DNA of 63,273 bases, filler included, from Salisapilia sapeloensis CBS 127946 (lineage: Eukaryota > Protista > Oomycota), in the NCBI GenBank assembly GCA_023334545.1. It is 7 parts of 7 records of this genome, joined end to end, with 100 filler letters (N's around TTAATTAATTAA, not from the genome) between each part and the next. Parts side by side here need not be neighbours in the genome. Positions count along the whole stretch, not along the records: positions 17,895 to 26,565 come from JAADVB010000480.1; positions 26,666 to 33,903 come from JAADVB010000525.1; positions 34,004 to 40,749 come from JAADVB010000547.1; 4 more parts are not named here. The stretch is one strand, 5' to 3'. Position 1 is the stretch's first letter. Every line of letters starts with the position of its first letter. Position numbers and translations under genes: made by a program. The notes under the pieces were generated by a model that did not search any database, was not told where the DNA came from, and worked only from the letters and a program-made list of their open reading frames with translations. Of the stretch, positions 21,902 through 34,564 are shown piece by piece.

Positions 21902-22689
21902 ATGACGACAGTCGTCGTGACAGCGGAGGCTGCATCCAATGCTTCTCCGACGAAAAAGTCCTCTCCGCTCGTCTCCCTCGAGCTAGCTTCTGCACCTCCT
22001 CCATCCTCCTCTAGTCCGGACGACCGGAAGAAGCTCCGACGGCGGTCTCTACCTCCTAATGCCACAGACGAACGAGCGACCAAGCGACGTGCCACTCACC
22101 GTCTTTGCTTCCAAACGGCCGATATTGTCGAATTCGAGCCAACGGCCTATACGACGACTGTCACCTCTGGCGGCGTACCGGTATAAAGTAGATACTCTGC
22201 ACTGTCTGGAATGATGCTGACGATGCATGTAGCTCGGTATGTCGCTAAAGGAACGATCGAGGAGTCGCCGACGTCTTGATTCATGGGAGCAAGAGCGAGC
22301 AAAGACGTATTTATACTCGATTAAAATATATCTAGTATACCATTTTTAATAATTTGAGTAGGAGAATCCATCGTCAGCAGTATATGGAGGAAGGATACAT
22401 TGATCCGATCGAGCGTGAAACTATTTTAAAGAGTGCCGGGTGTCCTCAGCCAGTGGTGGACAGAATAGAGACTGAGGTCCATCGAATCATTGAAGGTCGA
22501 CGCATTTCGAATGAAATTGATGCCGATGAACTTGGCATCATCGGATGTGCAGAGGAAGAGGAGGAAGTGGAAGAAGTCGAGATTGAGCCTGTAATCACAA
22601 GCGAGAGTGAGACCGAGAGTGAACGAGAGCCGGAAGTGGAGAATGATAACTCGGCGGATGAGGACTATGAGGATGAGAGTGACGGGTAA
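21902..22689 (+). CDS. Hypothetical protein with a CSRNP-N-like motif; join(21902..22180,22233..22306,22362..22689)
   Basis: Two GT-AG introns (52 and 55 nt) give LCFQTADIVEFEPTAYTTTVTSGGVPLGMSLK, resembling V.F..V.V..F.R....VP..GG..LGM. Acidic C-terminal tail. Confidence 0.65.
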
Positions 22690-24573
22690 AGTGGTATTTT
22701 ATGCTTGATACCAGATACTTTCTTTGCCATCACGGCTTCAGAAATATACTACCAACCTGTTTGATGTGAAAATGACTGTCGACTGTCTTGTTGTATCACT
22801 GTGTGGGGAAAGCAAAGCACATGTATCCATGCCATCAATAGACTAGGAATGGCATAATTATAGACATGTAGGAGATTAGCTGCTAAGAGTAGGAAAAGAG
22901 AGCGTTTTCCTGGCTGTCGTACTATATATCTAGCTGATAGAGACACAGTAACACCATGAAGACTGAGGTCGTGCAGTGATATAATGAAGAGTAGACGAAG
23001 GATGTGATAGAGTTTTATCATCGAATGATTTGGTAGGTACCATTGTCATGAGTGCACCATCGTTGTCCATGTGCCGAGACAATAGAGTGCATGGTAATTC
23101 CTTGAAGCCATGCGAGTACAATCGTAGGCTCGTCTGACTTGATACTCAGATACGCTCTTTTCGCATATCACGTTTGCGCCAGCAGTCCACAAAGTGGATC
23201 TGACGGCGTTGAGAATGAATCGACGTGAAGAACCATTAAGCAACTCGTCGGATTTTCACCGATTGCACTTGGTACAAATTGGTTTACATGAAGCATTGAC
23301 ATCTGAGTACCAATACAGAGCCATCTTTTGGTGTATCTATCGCTTTAGTAACTTGCATTGATGTTGAAATCCTTTTTTATATTTCGATCCGTATGAAGTC
23401 TATGCGATCTCTTCTGTTGTATAGTTCATATTCGAGTTAAAAGATAAGCAGTTAGACTTCGCTTTAAAGTAGAAATGAGCTTAAAGGTGAATTGAAGAGA
23501 GCTTAATCTGCCAAGATAGAAGTAGCTCCCACATTGTGAATGCGATGAGGATTAGATTTGAACATCTCCATCACTACATAATGCAGTCTTTGTAAAGTAA
23601 TAAGATACTACCAGCTTTCGCAGGATAAAGAGATGTTAGGAAAGAAATAATTCAATGCTATTTGGCTAAGAGTGCAGATAGAGGAACACTCAACTCGAAC
23701 GACATACATACCTACCATTGAACTGCTGGATTCGTCGATATGGGTAGTTCATCTTTCCATCCTGATCAACATCTACATGCAGCTCATGATACCCAAAGTT
23801 GAAACTTGATCTGTTTCTGTCATTAGTGCTTGACACCACTTGCAGAAGTACACCTCAAGAAATCTTACAGCACCGGAACCAAGAGCATCTAACTAGATGC
23901 AGGCATTACTATCCGTTTGCTCAATCAGCCCACATGTTTGAATGCGCTTCAAGATAAATCTTATCCTGCTCAACTTCAAGTGACTTCCCTCCAGCCATCC
24001 AACCGATCATACGCTTTGATACAACGCTTCAATACTTGAGGTGATTGTTTGTGCATTGACAAGTAGTCATGCTGACCAACATTTAGCTGGTTGCTGAACA
24101 GGAAGCTAGTCAACACGGATGAGTTATCTGGTCGCATTAGCGAAGAGAGTTTTCGTGAGTATTGAGAGTCGCGAGAGTTTCATGACAGACAGATCGAAGT
24201 GGTGTCTTATGCTACTCAGACAGGAGGAAAGCTCTATGGACGTATGCTTGGGAGATGTGTACGATTGGAACATATCGTAATAGAATGCATCGATAAAGAT
24301 GGAGTCTCGTGTATTGGATACCGACATAAAAAGTCTGTTTCTGATAACAATCCTGTTCTTGCACCATTTCTGTGTTCGTAGATAAATCGATTAATACATC
24401 ATTATAATCTACGAAAGGAAATCAAAGTGACTAATAAGACGTCGATCAAGACATCTCCTTGGCAATCTGCATCTGTGCACGTCAATTCCTTCTCCACCGA
24501 GCAATTATCAGCTTGAAGCTCTCATTCACGTCGGATGTTTTTCGCGGTTAATCAATCGATCTGCTCATCTTGG

Positions 24574-24587
24574 TCATTCCTAATTTT
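24574..24587 (+). promoter_or_regulatory. Oomycete INR+FPR core promoter element
   Basis: TCATTCCTAATTTT is an exact match to YCATTYBNNNWTTY, about 40 nt upstream of the subtilase ATG. Confidence 0.7.
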
Positions 24588-24626
24588 GTTTTCCATCGCA
24601 TAATCCAATCGTCAAGCTACTCCATC

Positions 24627-26021
24627 ATGGTTCTCGCCAAGTTCACCGCTGCTGTCTTCGCTGCTGCTGTCGCGGTTGCCAGTGCCTCTGGCAGTGTCAT
24701 TCATCCGGATGTCCACCGTGCTCTTCGCGAACAAGATTCTGTTAACCTGATCATCGAAATTGAGAAACCAATTGGCTCGCTCCAGAGCGTGAAAGACCAA
24801 AAGTTCGACAGTCGCGAGGAGCAGGTCAATGCGGTTGTCAAGGCTCTTCGAGACCAGGCTACTTTGACCCAAGCTCCGATTGAAGAAACGCTTTCGAAGT
24901 CGAGTGGTGATTTCACTTCGTCAAAGAAGCACTGGATTTCCAACACTGTCTACGTCGAAGGTGCCACGACTGAACTTGTCGAGAAGCTCTTCCTTACCCA
25001 GGGTATCGTTTCTGTTCGTGAAGAAAAAATTCTTCCCCTCCTCGACCCAGAGCTCCAAATTGTACCGGACAACAATGCCACCCGCAACCTTCAAGCGTCC
25101 GACATTGAATGGGGTGTCGAACGCGTCCGTGCACCGTCCGTTTGGGGTAGTGGTAACACTGGCGAAGGTATCGTTGCCGGTATCATCGACACTGGCGCCC
25201 GGGCAACGCACGAAGCTCTCAAAGACAGCTTTCTAGGTGACTACGGCTGGTTCGATGGCTACACCGGACGTAGCCAGCCTTTTGATGACCAAGGACATGG
25301 TTCACATGTGGCTGGTACGATTGCCGGGTCTAAAGGTATTGGCGTTGCACCTGGTGCCAAATGGATGATGTGCAGAGGGTGCAACACCTTGGGCTGCTCT
25401 GAATCTGCTTTACTCGCCTGTGGTGAGTTTATTACGTGCCCGACGGATCCCCAGGGAAACAATGAAGACTGCTCTAAGGCGCCTCACGTTGTGAACAACT
25501 CGTGGGGTGGAGGACAAGGCGAAAACTGGTACGCTGATATTGTGGAGGCGTGGCACGCTGCCGGTATCATCCCTGTCTTTGCTCTTGGTAACGAAGGACC
25601 ACGATGCAACACCGCGAGTTCCCCCGGCGACTATGACAATGTTATTGGTGTTGGCAACATTGACTCTTCGGACACGATTTGGAGAACTAGCAGCAAGGGA
25701 CCAACTGTCACTGGTTTGATGAAGCCCGACATTTCTGCACCTGGTACAAACGTTGTCTCGGCTTACTACGGTACTGACAACCAGTATGCTGGTGCCACTG
25801 GTACGAGTATGGCTTCGCCTCATGTGACTGGTGTCGTCGCGCTTCTTCTTGCCGACAACGGAGATCTTGAGTATGACACGGTGTACTCTCGTCTTACGTC
25901 AACGGCGGACACTGGCTTGGGCAGATCAGGATACACTTGCGGTGGTATCTCCGACTCTACCTACCCGAACAACGTATACGGACACGGTGTCGCAAATGCG
26001 GAATCCCTTATTTCTTCGTAA
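24627..26021 (+). CDS. Secreted subtilisin-like serine protease (S8) with an inhibitor-I9-like prodomain
   Basis: Signal peptide MVLAKFTAAVFAAAVAVASA. Catalytic motifs IIDTG, GHGSHVAGT and GTSMASPHV; oxyanion Asn in ALGNEG. Confidence 0.93.
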   Translation: MVLAKFTAAVFAAAVAVASASGSVIHPDVHRALREQDSVNLIIEIEKPIGSLQSVKDQKFDSREEQVNAVVKALRDQATLTQAPIEETLSKSSGDFTSSKKHWISNTVYVEGATTELVEKLFLTQGIVSVREEKILPLLDPELQIVPDNNATRNLQASDIEWGVERVRAPSVWGSGNTGEGIVAGIIDTGARATHEALKDSFLGDYGWFDGYTGRSQPFDDQGHGSHVAGTIAGSKGIGVAPGAKWMMCRGCNTLGCSESALLACGEFITCPTDPQGNNEDCSKAPHVVNNSWGGGQGENWYADIVEAWHAAGIIPVFALGNEGPRCNTASSPGDYDNVIGVGNIDSSDTIWRTSSKGPTVTGLMKPDISAPGTNVVSAYYGTDNQYAGATGTSMASPHVTGVVALLLADNGDLEYDTVYSRLTSTADTGLGRSGYTCGGISDSTYPNNVYGHGVANAESLISS

Positions 26022-26565
26022 ATGAACAGTGCTTAAAAGGAAGTTTACTCCAAGTAGCAACTTTGCAACCGTTGTTTCATACGTTTCCTTCTTATAGATG
26101 CTGTTTATAAACTCTCGCAAGGTATTGCTTTCTGATATGTCTTCCACTTGCATCAATAAATGCCAAACATGATCCGGATGCCATTTTTCATTGTAATTTT
26201 TCAGCTTCCTGGGTTACCGATAATTTTGCTGATATAAGCACCTTGATGTTTTTGAGTACTTCCAGTGTGTGATCCAAGCAAAAGTCGGCTATGTATGGAA
26301 CCTAGCAAACTAGACAAGAAGAGGGGTCAGCGCAACATATAAAATTAAGTTTGCAAACCATAGCAACTTCTATCTAAAAGCAGACATTATGGGTTAAGGA
26401 AATAAGTACGAAGGCTAATTGAATACTAGCAAAGATCTAATATTTTATCTAAACTGTAGATGTAGTCATGGTCTCTATTCGTACATAAGGCAGATTACCT
26501 GTAGCGTACTTTGCCAGCGAAAAGTTTCGCCAGTATCTTCGAGTATGCTTGAATGCACCTACAAA

Positions 26566-26665
26566 NNNNNNNNNNNNNNNNNNNNNNNNNNNNNNNNNNN
26601 NNNNNNNNNTTAATTAATTAANNNNNNNNNNNNNNNNNNNNNNNNNNNNNNNNNNNNNNNNNNNN
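26566..26665. other. Assembly spacer
   Basis: 44 N + TTAATTAATTAA + 44 N. Confidence 0.97.
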
Positions 26666-29296
26666 CAAGGATCGTCTCAAATGAACCCACTTCGTACGTT
26701 TTACGTCGCTTCGCAGTCCGTTTGATTATGCAATCATTTCAGGATGAATATCAGGTCGCACACATTCTTTAGGAGACGATGAGTCGGAGGATAGCGATGT
26801 CTTCGCGTTCGACGATAATGGTTTTATACATCTACGCTTTATGAAAATGTCCTTGATATATGTGGATGATGATTAAAGACTACTATTTTCATTCGAAGCT
26901 ATTGAGCTAATAAATTTGAAATGGCGTGATTGGATTCACTTTGCTCAAGAAACAACACGCATCGCATGCACTGCTGCAAAAGACAATTGAGAGTGCATGT
27001 GAGGAGTGCAATCTATTAGAAAGGTTTTGCGATTTAACTCTTATCTAAAGTGCTTAGATCATGTTACTCTTAGAAGTAACATTTATAATCATTTATCTGT
27101 CGTCTTAAGCTAGGAACCTTATCTACCTGTATAGCTCCATACTTGCCCTTTGTAAATTGCGATCCCACATTTGTCTTGATGCTTAAATGAAAAAACAAAA
27201 TGTCTTTTCTGGGAAGCTAGTGGTGATAGCGCGTTATAAATTACTTTGTAGGAAGCACTGACGTTTGAGAATAAAACAGGACCTGTTCATAAGATACTAT
27301 ATAGCTATCTGTTTCATCTGCATGCAGAAACTAGCGCCAGCTAGACCCTCGAATAACCTCGTATCGATCGATAGCTCATTACTATTATACCTTCACTCTT
27401 TGTGGCGAAGAGAGAAACCTGACAGTTTGTATATCGAAGGCAAAGTTTCTATGTCCCAAGTTTCCGCTGTCTTTGAAGAGCAGGCCAAGCCGCGTAATCA
27501 TTTAGCACAATAATTTCTACAAAAAAGCAATAGTTGAAATGAGAAACTGGACGCAAAGAAAATATTGGATGTGTAGAGAATCATTATTTCGTTAAGTGGT
27601 GCTGTGATATCTTGTGTTTGATCTTGCTTTATAAACGTGTAAGCGGACCTCTACTCATTGATAAAACCACCCGTTTGTCTAACTTCAATTTATTGCACGC
27701 GTGTATGCTGTCTTTGTATTCTCCAACTGACTTCAAGTGTTGTCTATACTAGCACTTGCAGCTGCCCTTGCTCTCAGTCGTTTGAAATCTACCATCGGAG
27801 CCGCACATTCTATATTTTTGTGAATTTTGTGTCATCGGATAGGACCTCAACTTGAGGATAGTATGCGATAAATATCTTCTCGATATCAGCATGTCTTGGT
27901 AGACATCCTTGACTTTGAAATGTATCTTTTATAAAACTCGACCAAATAGAACGCACTTATTCGCTCTCATAATCTCTGTTGGAGTAAGCGGCTCCATTGA
28001 GTCCCCTGTGATACCCCGAGATGACACCAGATTCGGATCTGGCTCATTAGAGGAGAAAGGACGCGCCAACAGCCTGAGTATTGGATACTACTGTTGAAGC
28101 AGTCATCACAAGGATTGGATACATATTCTATATTTGCATATAGAAGGATAAATGAATCCCTCTTCCATTTTCCTTCCGAAGATCAGGCTAGTTGTTCCAA
28201 AAATCTCAAACAATAATCCATAGCATACAAGCAGGTAGAAACTGGAGCTTCACATAGTATCGCTAAATCACCTACGCAATGTCAATGTCAATGAAGTATC
28301 AAGTCGGATAAAGAATTTTAATTAATTTTAGTTCTTTGCAATGCATAGATACTGCAAGGCTCGGCAACGGCTAAGAGGACCAATATGAAGCTGATTCCGT
28401 TGAGATCGAAGATAGAATTTACGTTTCGACAGGCAAGGTTTTCTAAAACTTGCTGCCGGTTTATGACACGATGCAATCATCGAAGATACACTATATATAA
28501 TACGAATAGTACCCTTATCACTGGTTGTACAATTAATCTTTAAGCATGTTCAAGACAATGAAAGTCCTAGTTCATATAACTGTTTTGGTCAACCATTTGG
28601 GCTTTAGATTCATCGAGGATTTGACTGAAGTATCCTTGCGGTAACAGGTATCCAAAGTAAATCCTTTTTCGCATCGCATACATGCCAGAAAATGCCTGAA
28701 GTTGAGATAGCTGCTGTATGTCAACAGAACGCCAAAAGGCTTTCTTGTTTATTGTAGTTGTCGATATAGAAAGCATTTCGCTGATTAGAGTGCGAAACGA
28801 GAAGTGAAGATTTATTCTTTAAGCTGGCGTGAGGTCTGCATCTGCATGCATTTTCGTACAATATTAGCTCCCTTCCCGTTGGTGTCTGCATGTGGTATGA
28901 CCTCAGATTTCCATGACTGACCAGAAGGTCTAGGTGTTTATAAACAGTGGTATCTTAGGATGAAGTATCCACCATGAGTGCCAGTGTCGTATCCTGCATC
29001 TAAATACTAGTATCGCTGTCTGGACGGAAATTTCCTCATTTTAATGGTCTCAATCGCCTCATATTATCTACAGAGACGTGGCAATGAATTACTACGCTAT
29101 TATGCACAAAGCATGGGTGCAAAAATCTAGCACGCGGTAAGGAGCACATTCGATCCATTTTCCTTTCCTCCTTCTAGCGAGCAAGTGCTACCAAGAAGCC
29201 TCTTTTGAGTAGCAATAACGACGAAAAATAAATACTGGCCTCGATCAAGCCCGAAGAAAAGCTAAACGGAGTGATATTAGCTATATCGGAAAAAAC

Positions 29297-29946
29297 ATGA
29301 CTCCGACGGAAACACCTTACGCGACGGTAGATGCATCTTCTGTGGACATGCCAGCTAGTGGGAAATGGGAAGCTGGACTGTGTGACTGCTTCAGTCATTG
29401 TATGCCAAACTGTTTCATGAGCTGGTTGTGCCCGTGTGTCTCCATCTCTCAAATCGTTGCACGACTTGGGATAATGAAGTACTGGCAGGTGTTGCTCATT
29501 ACTGGTATCTGATCTTTCCCATTTGTTTTTTTTTCATAAAATGATTAATTTATTTCATAGTTCCTCTTGGTGTCTTTTTCGTGGGATTATCCAATATGTG
29601 GATAGCCGCTGCGATAGCGTCTTTTGATACTGAAAGTTATATCAATATCTACGGCACGTCGCATTCATATGAAACAAGTATTAGTATGACCATTCTAATG
29701 TACTATACTCCCATTTTCCTGTACATCGAAGCTATTGTAATCTTTTTGATTGCTTTCGCTTTCGTTTGGTACATCCGTCACAAAACACGCAAGGCATTTG
29801 ATATCCCAGGAAACTGTCTTGGCGATTGTTGTACTAGCTACTGGTGTTTCTTATGTACCATAGCTCAGATGGCAACGCACGTCAAAAGCTACAAACCTGG
29901 TAGTTGCGACTTTGGTCGGCCCGATACTTTAACGGCGTACGCGTAA
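29297..29946 (+). CDS. PLAC8-family Cys-rich membrane protein; join(29297..29504,29561..29946)
   Basis: WEAGLCDCF..CFMSWLCPCVSISQI and IPGNCLGDCCTSYWCFLCTIAQMATH motifs. A 56-nt GT-AG intron keeps the frame. Confidence 0.88.
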
Positions 29947-30885
29947 AGTGTCTTTGTTTTCATCCGTATGTTAGCCAAACAACTAGTTTACTCAGCTTGT
30001 AACATTAAAATGACAAGAAAACCTTCTTTTTCAATAGTTTTCCATGTTCTCATATCGTGGAAACTCTGTAAAGCATTATCAGTCATTTTTCGGCGTACTT
30101 AAACGTAGTAAGTCACAAACATTAGTCTAGCCTACATAGTTCCCTTGTATCCAGATATTAAAAGTTTATATTTTCATTTTCACACCACAGAAGATCGATT
30201 TCACCTCGAGTGTATTTGAGCGTTTCAATAGATAGAAGGATGATTCATTCCTTTTAATGCAATAAGGTAGAAATGAAAAGCTACAGAAAATAAAGCAAGA
30301 GCATGTGCTCGTCTGGATCCATGCCACCAACTGTGAGAGCTTTCACTACCAGAGTTCTCACTAGCGTGGTATAAATACCGTCCTTTAAAGGCGCCTAAGT
30401 CGATAGCTTTTGGTATGTAGCTGCAGTCTCTCTCTCTAATGTTCAGGTTGATACCGCTCTAATTTCGTTCAGATGACTCACCAGTTATTAATATTCACGT
30501 TTATAGATCTATGGATAAGAGACGATGTAATAGACCCTCAGTATCATTGAAGCAGAATACTAACATAGCACCTAGTTAGGACTGAGATCATTTCTAGGAG
30601 TAATCGGTCGAAGAGAACAGGGCTCACCAATTTCGTATATTTTAAAAACCATGTCTTGTACTGTGCATGATTTAGAATGAAATAAAAGTCAGAACTCTCG
30701 ATACTATTTATTCAATAATGTGGAGCCACAATCCGTGACCAACGATAACCCTAGGAAAGAAATTTCCTTTTGATATCGATCATTTCAGCGAATGTATTAT
30801 CAAACTTGTTCTTAGAATAAAAAAGGATACTCTACCGCCTATAGAGTGGATACACCCTCGGATGTCGTCACTATAACGAGATTTG

Positions 30886-31200
30886 CTACGCTATACAGAT
30901 CCACTGCGATCGAAACATGCACAACTACAGATCTCGCCTAAGAGTATGTGTCAGGCTTGATATGGTCGTGCGTTTCAAGGCATGCATCTTTGCGTTGGTA
31001 AACCTAGGGGAGCTTTAAATCATGAACCTGCCGAAGGGATATGTAGAGGAAATTTTGGTGGACTATTAATGTTGGATGGAAAACAAATTGGAATTGCAAC
31101 ATATGCATTTAGCATATGCGGACAGGGTTCCAGCGTTTGCTTGCGCATATCGAAAGTCCTTAGGTGGATTCAACATATAATGCGAAGAAAAGACCATTAA
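30886..31200 (+). pseudogene. Decayed trypsin-like (S1) serine protease, C-terminal half
   Basis: LQISPKSMCQA*YG...MHLCVG...ICRGNFGGLLMLDGKQIGIATYAFSICG...CLRISKVLRWI. Catalytic GDSGG is eroded to GNFGG; in-frame TGA at 30958-30960. Confidence 0.65.
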
Positions 31201-31420
31201 AAGATTGTAAACGGACTGAAGGTTTCTTATACAAGGACTTACCGAAAGTATACGCTAACTCTCAATCTTGAATGAAAAGTTTGATAGTTACTTTTAGGAA
31301 GGGAAAAAAAGTTTGCCTTTTGTTTCGGCAAATTGAGAAGTGATAAGATGCATTCAGAGTTAAGGAAAGAGTAGGGATGAGAGTCTGCGTGCCCCATGTA
31401 GAGAAGGAGCCGTGCTTCTT

Positions 31421-31476
31421 CCGGATGATACCAGATATACGGAAGCGGGGTCCAGGCGTATATCTGGGGTCATCGG
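31421..31476. other. Imperfect inverted repeat (hairpin, stem of about 20 bp, 15-nt loop)
   Basis: CCAGATATACG (31431-31441) and CGTATATCTGG (31457-31467) are perfect reverse complements. Pairing extends outward with one mismatch, one G-T and one bulge. Confidence 0.6.
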
Positions 31477-33903
31477 TGACTAACTGGTAACCTGGATGTA
31501 TGACACTAGGTGGACATCTGGCATGAAGCGAAAGAGGGTGATGACCTGGCTACGTCAACAGTTACATATTTGCTTGAATGTATGGAAGGATGAAGCCCTT
31601 CAATACTAACTATTAGACTTTTTACTATGCCTCTGTTGGCCTTTAAACGAGCGCCAATGTCAGCAGAAAAGTATTCACGGCGCATAGTTTGATTGAGCAG
31701 CAACAAAGTGAATGCTCTCTTTTAAGCCCTATATTTGCTTAATCTCACTCGCAATCGACAGTCATTCATTTCAATCTTGCGTCGATGCATCTTTAGATAT
31801 TTATTAAATTAACACGTCAACCTAGTCAATGCTAGGGCACATTTTATTAAATCTTTTATTTAAATCTAGCCGAGTCAAAGATGACAGAATTGACCTTCTG
31901 TCACACCAAGAGTAATGCTAATTTTGGATGATGAAATTTTGACGAAGTAGCCATTGATATATATATATAAACTAATGGTTTTTGTCCATAAAATTCACGT
32001 GCCAAAATGCCAGAAGCATATAATCATAATAATTTAGCATAAAATGGCAACGATACGGACAAACAATGAAGCTATTGCCTTTTGCTTTGAGAACCAAGAG
32101 ATTTTCATAGATAGCGAAGGACAAAAAGAGTTAAATAATAGAAAGCGCGTGCAGAAAAAGCTAAAGGAAGAAAATTATTTTAACACAAACCCAAAATTTT
32201 CGATGATAATGCAAGGTTACTCCTAGCGCTTGGCTCTAGTAATTGCATTAGTTTTGTTTAGAGGACACGACATTCTACAAACACATCTATTAAGTTCATA
32301 ACATATAATTAAGTGGAAAGCTAAAGCTCGCTTCTTAATCAAACCTATCATCTAGTTCAAATTGTGCTTAATGTGGTGATGAAAGTGCGCGTAGTTGCAA
32401 GGTACAGCCTGTGATCAAAATGATCGTTCTTAATAACTCTTTCGGATCACGTGCCGAAGGCTTCGACACATAATATAGGTCGAGGCTATCATTATTTATT
32501 TAAGATTCACTTAAGCTGATTGTTCTGGGCTGAGCTAGAAAGCGAACTTGAGTCAGTTGAAGATGGAGACACAAGTCGGGCCCGCTAAAAAGATTCTTTT
32601 TTCTTTTAACTTGAACAGAGTGACGTCGAGGAAGAGATCTAAGTGTCAGCTCATGCGATATGCGGAAGAGACCGTCGGACAACAGAATGTGCCAATCCAC
32701 TAACATGCTGAGAGCCGGATGTTGAAGATCATTTCGTACCGATTATCGGTAACTCACTCACACCCTGCTTCCGTGGAAACTTTGCCGAGCAAAGAAATGA
32801 AGCTCAAGGAAGCAGCACGAGTGACAAGTAGAAGACTTAGGACATACTCTAATCACTCAATTCATTTACCTTTTTATTTTCTAAGGCTTAAGCTACTTTA
32901 TCAAGCTTAGTTACTGGTAACCTACAGGACGTCTGAGGGCACAAGGCTGACGACGTCGTAAAAAGAGGACGCGAACTTGGAACACTTATGTTGTGAAAAA
33001 CAGCTTGACTGGCTAGAAGTGAGACAGCTATGCTTGTACATGCTACTTTTGCAGAGGCAACAGCATCCGAATCATAAAATACTCTACAATGAAAAATGGC
33101 GATAGAATGGCGTAAATTCCTCATTTTAAATTAGCTTACATTCTCAAACTAGTAGGAGTATGAAAAATACTCGAGAAAACAGGTCTATCCGACGAACTTG
33201 CTGCATTTAAAATACCTGTCAACGAAACACTGGTTCAACGTGATTTCGATGTTGCCTTATCCGAGTCACCATCATGTTCTGATTTATCTTTAACACACAT
33301 GCCTTTTTCATTTTCTCAAGTTTGTGTGAGTGCTCATAGGCGAAATGATAGTACGAATGATTAGTATTAAACCAGGTTATTGTTCGGAAAATATTACGCA
33401 TATGGTTTCGTCACAGACTATTTACGATGTCATTTTGTAAGACTAACAAGCTAAAATCAACAAAGTCCAAATCTTTCGCATGAACCTTAATCTAATGAAA
33501 GGCCAAGAAGAAAGGCCTATAGTTTTATAAAAATTATAATTAATGCTTTCGCCTATGGATTCGGATTGGCTTCATTCTCATTTGCAAACGATGTCTTTTT
33601 AAACCTGACTAACTATAACGTGGTTGTTGCATTAAGCCAAATGCCATCAATAGCATCACATGGGAAGATACTACAACGTTAAATATCTATATTAGCCTTA
33701 CGCTTGCTGTATACCAGCACATGGGACATTTTGCGGTATGTTGCATCATACCAGTCACTTATGAATGTATTCTCCGCACAACCCAACAACAAAACAAACA
33801 CTCTTACTATCAATCAGATAACCAAGTAAGCAATATCCATGCACCACTAATCCATCGACTAACACCGGTCGATGAATAGATGTTCTTGGCATCCATCATT
33901 GGC

Positions 33904-34003
33904 NNNNNNNNNNNNNNNNNNNNNNNNNNNNNNNNNNNNNNNNNNNNTTAATTAATTAANNNNNNNNNNNNNNNNNNNNNNNNNNNNNNNNNNNNNNNNN
34001 NNN
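33904..34003. other. Assembly spacer
   Basis: 44 N + TTAATTAATTAA + 44 N. Confidence 0.97.
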
Positions 34004-34564
34004 CGGGAGCGGACACGGAGTAGACGATCCAGAGCCGTCCGAACCGCTGTCAGAGCTGCCGTCCGATCCGTCACCAGGAGTCGGGAGCGGACACGGAGTA
34101 GACGATCCACTTTCAGAGCCATCCGAGGCAGAATCATCGCCGGATCCGACATCCGACGGACCCGGGAGCGGGCATGGCGTGTTATCACCAGAGCCATCGT
34201 CGGAAGGACCTGGAAGCGGGCATGGAGTCGAGTCGCCAGAACCATCATCGGACGGACCTGGAAGCGGACACGGCGTGCTGTCGCCATCACCCGGAGACAC
34301 CGGGCATGGCGTGCTGTCGTCACCGTTACCCGGGGACACTGGGCAAGGAGTGCTATCATCACCCGGAGAGACTGGGCATGGCGTGCTGTCATCCCCACCT
34401 GGAGCCACTGGGCACGGTGTATCCGCACTCACAGGGCACGGCGTCTCGGCACTGATGGGGCACGGCGTGTCTGCACTGATCGGGCAAGGCGTGTCTGCAC
34501 TGATCGGGCAAGGCGTGTCTGCACTGATCGGGCAAGGCGTCTCGGCAGACACTGGGCACGGCGT
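34004..34564 (-). repeat. Coding repeat array: 7 x 24-nt TPCP units, then longer Gly/Asp/Ser-spaced TPCP units up to the gap
   Basis: 15 TPCP motifs counted in this segment. Confidence 0.85.

Noticed and set aside
28567-28776. piggyBac-like remnant (WRSVDIQQLSQLQAFSGM)
   Set aside because: A single weak resemblance, with no TTAA-flanked TIRs identified.
33219-33401. Harbinger/IS5-like remnant (RNHVEPVF)
   Set aside because: Too short; no DDE core visible.
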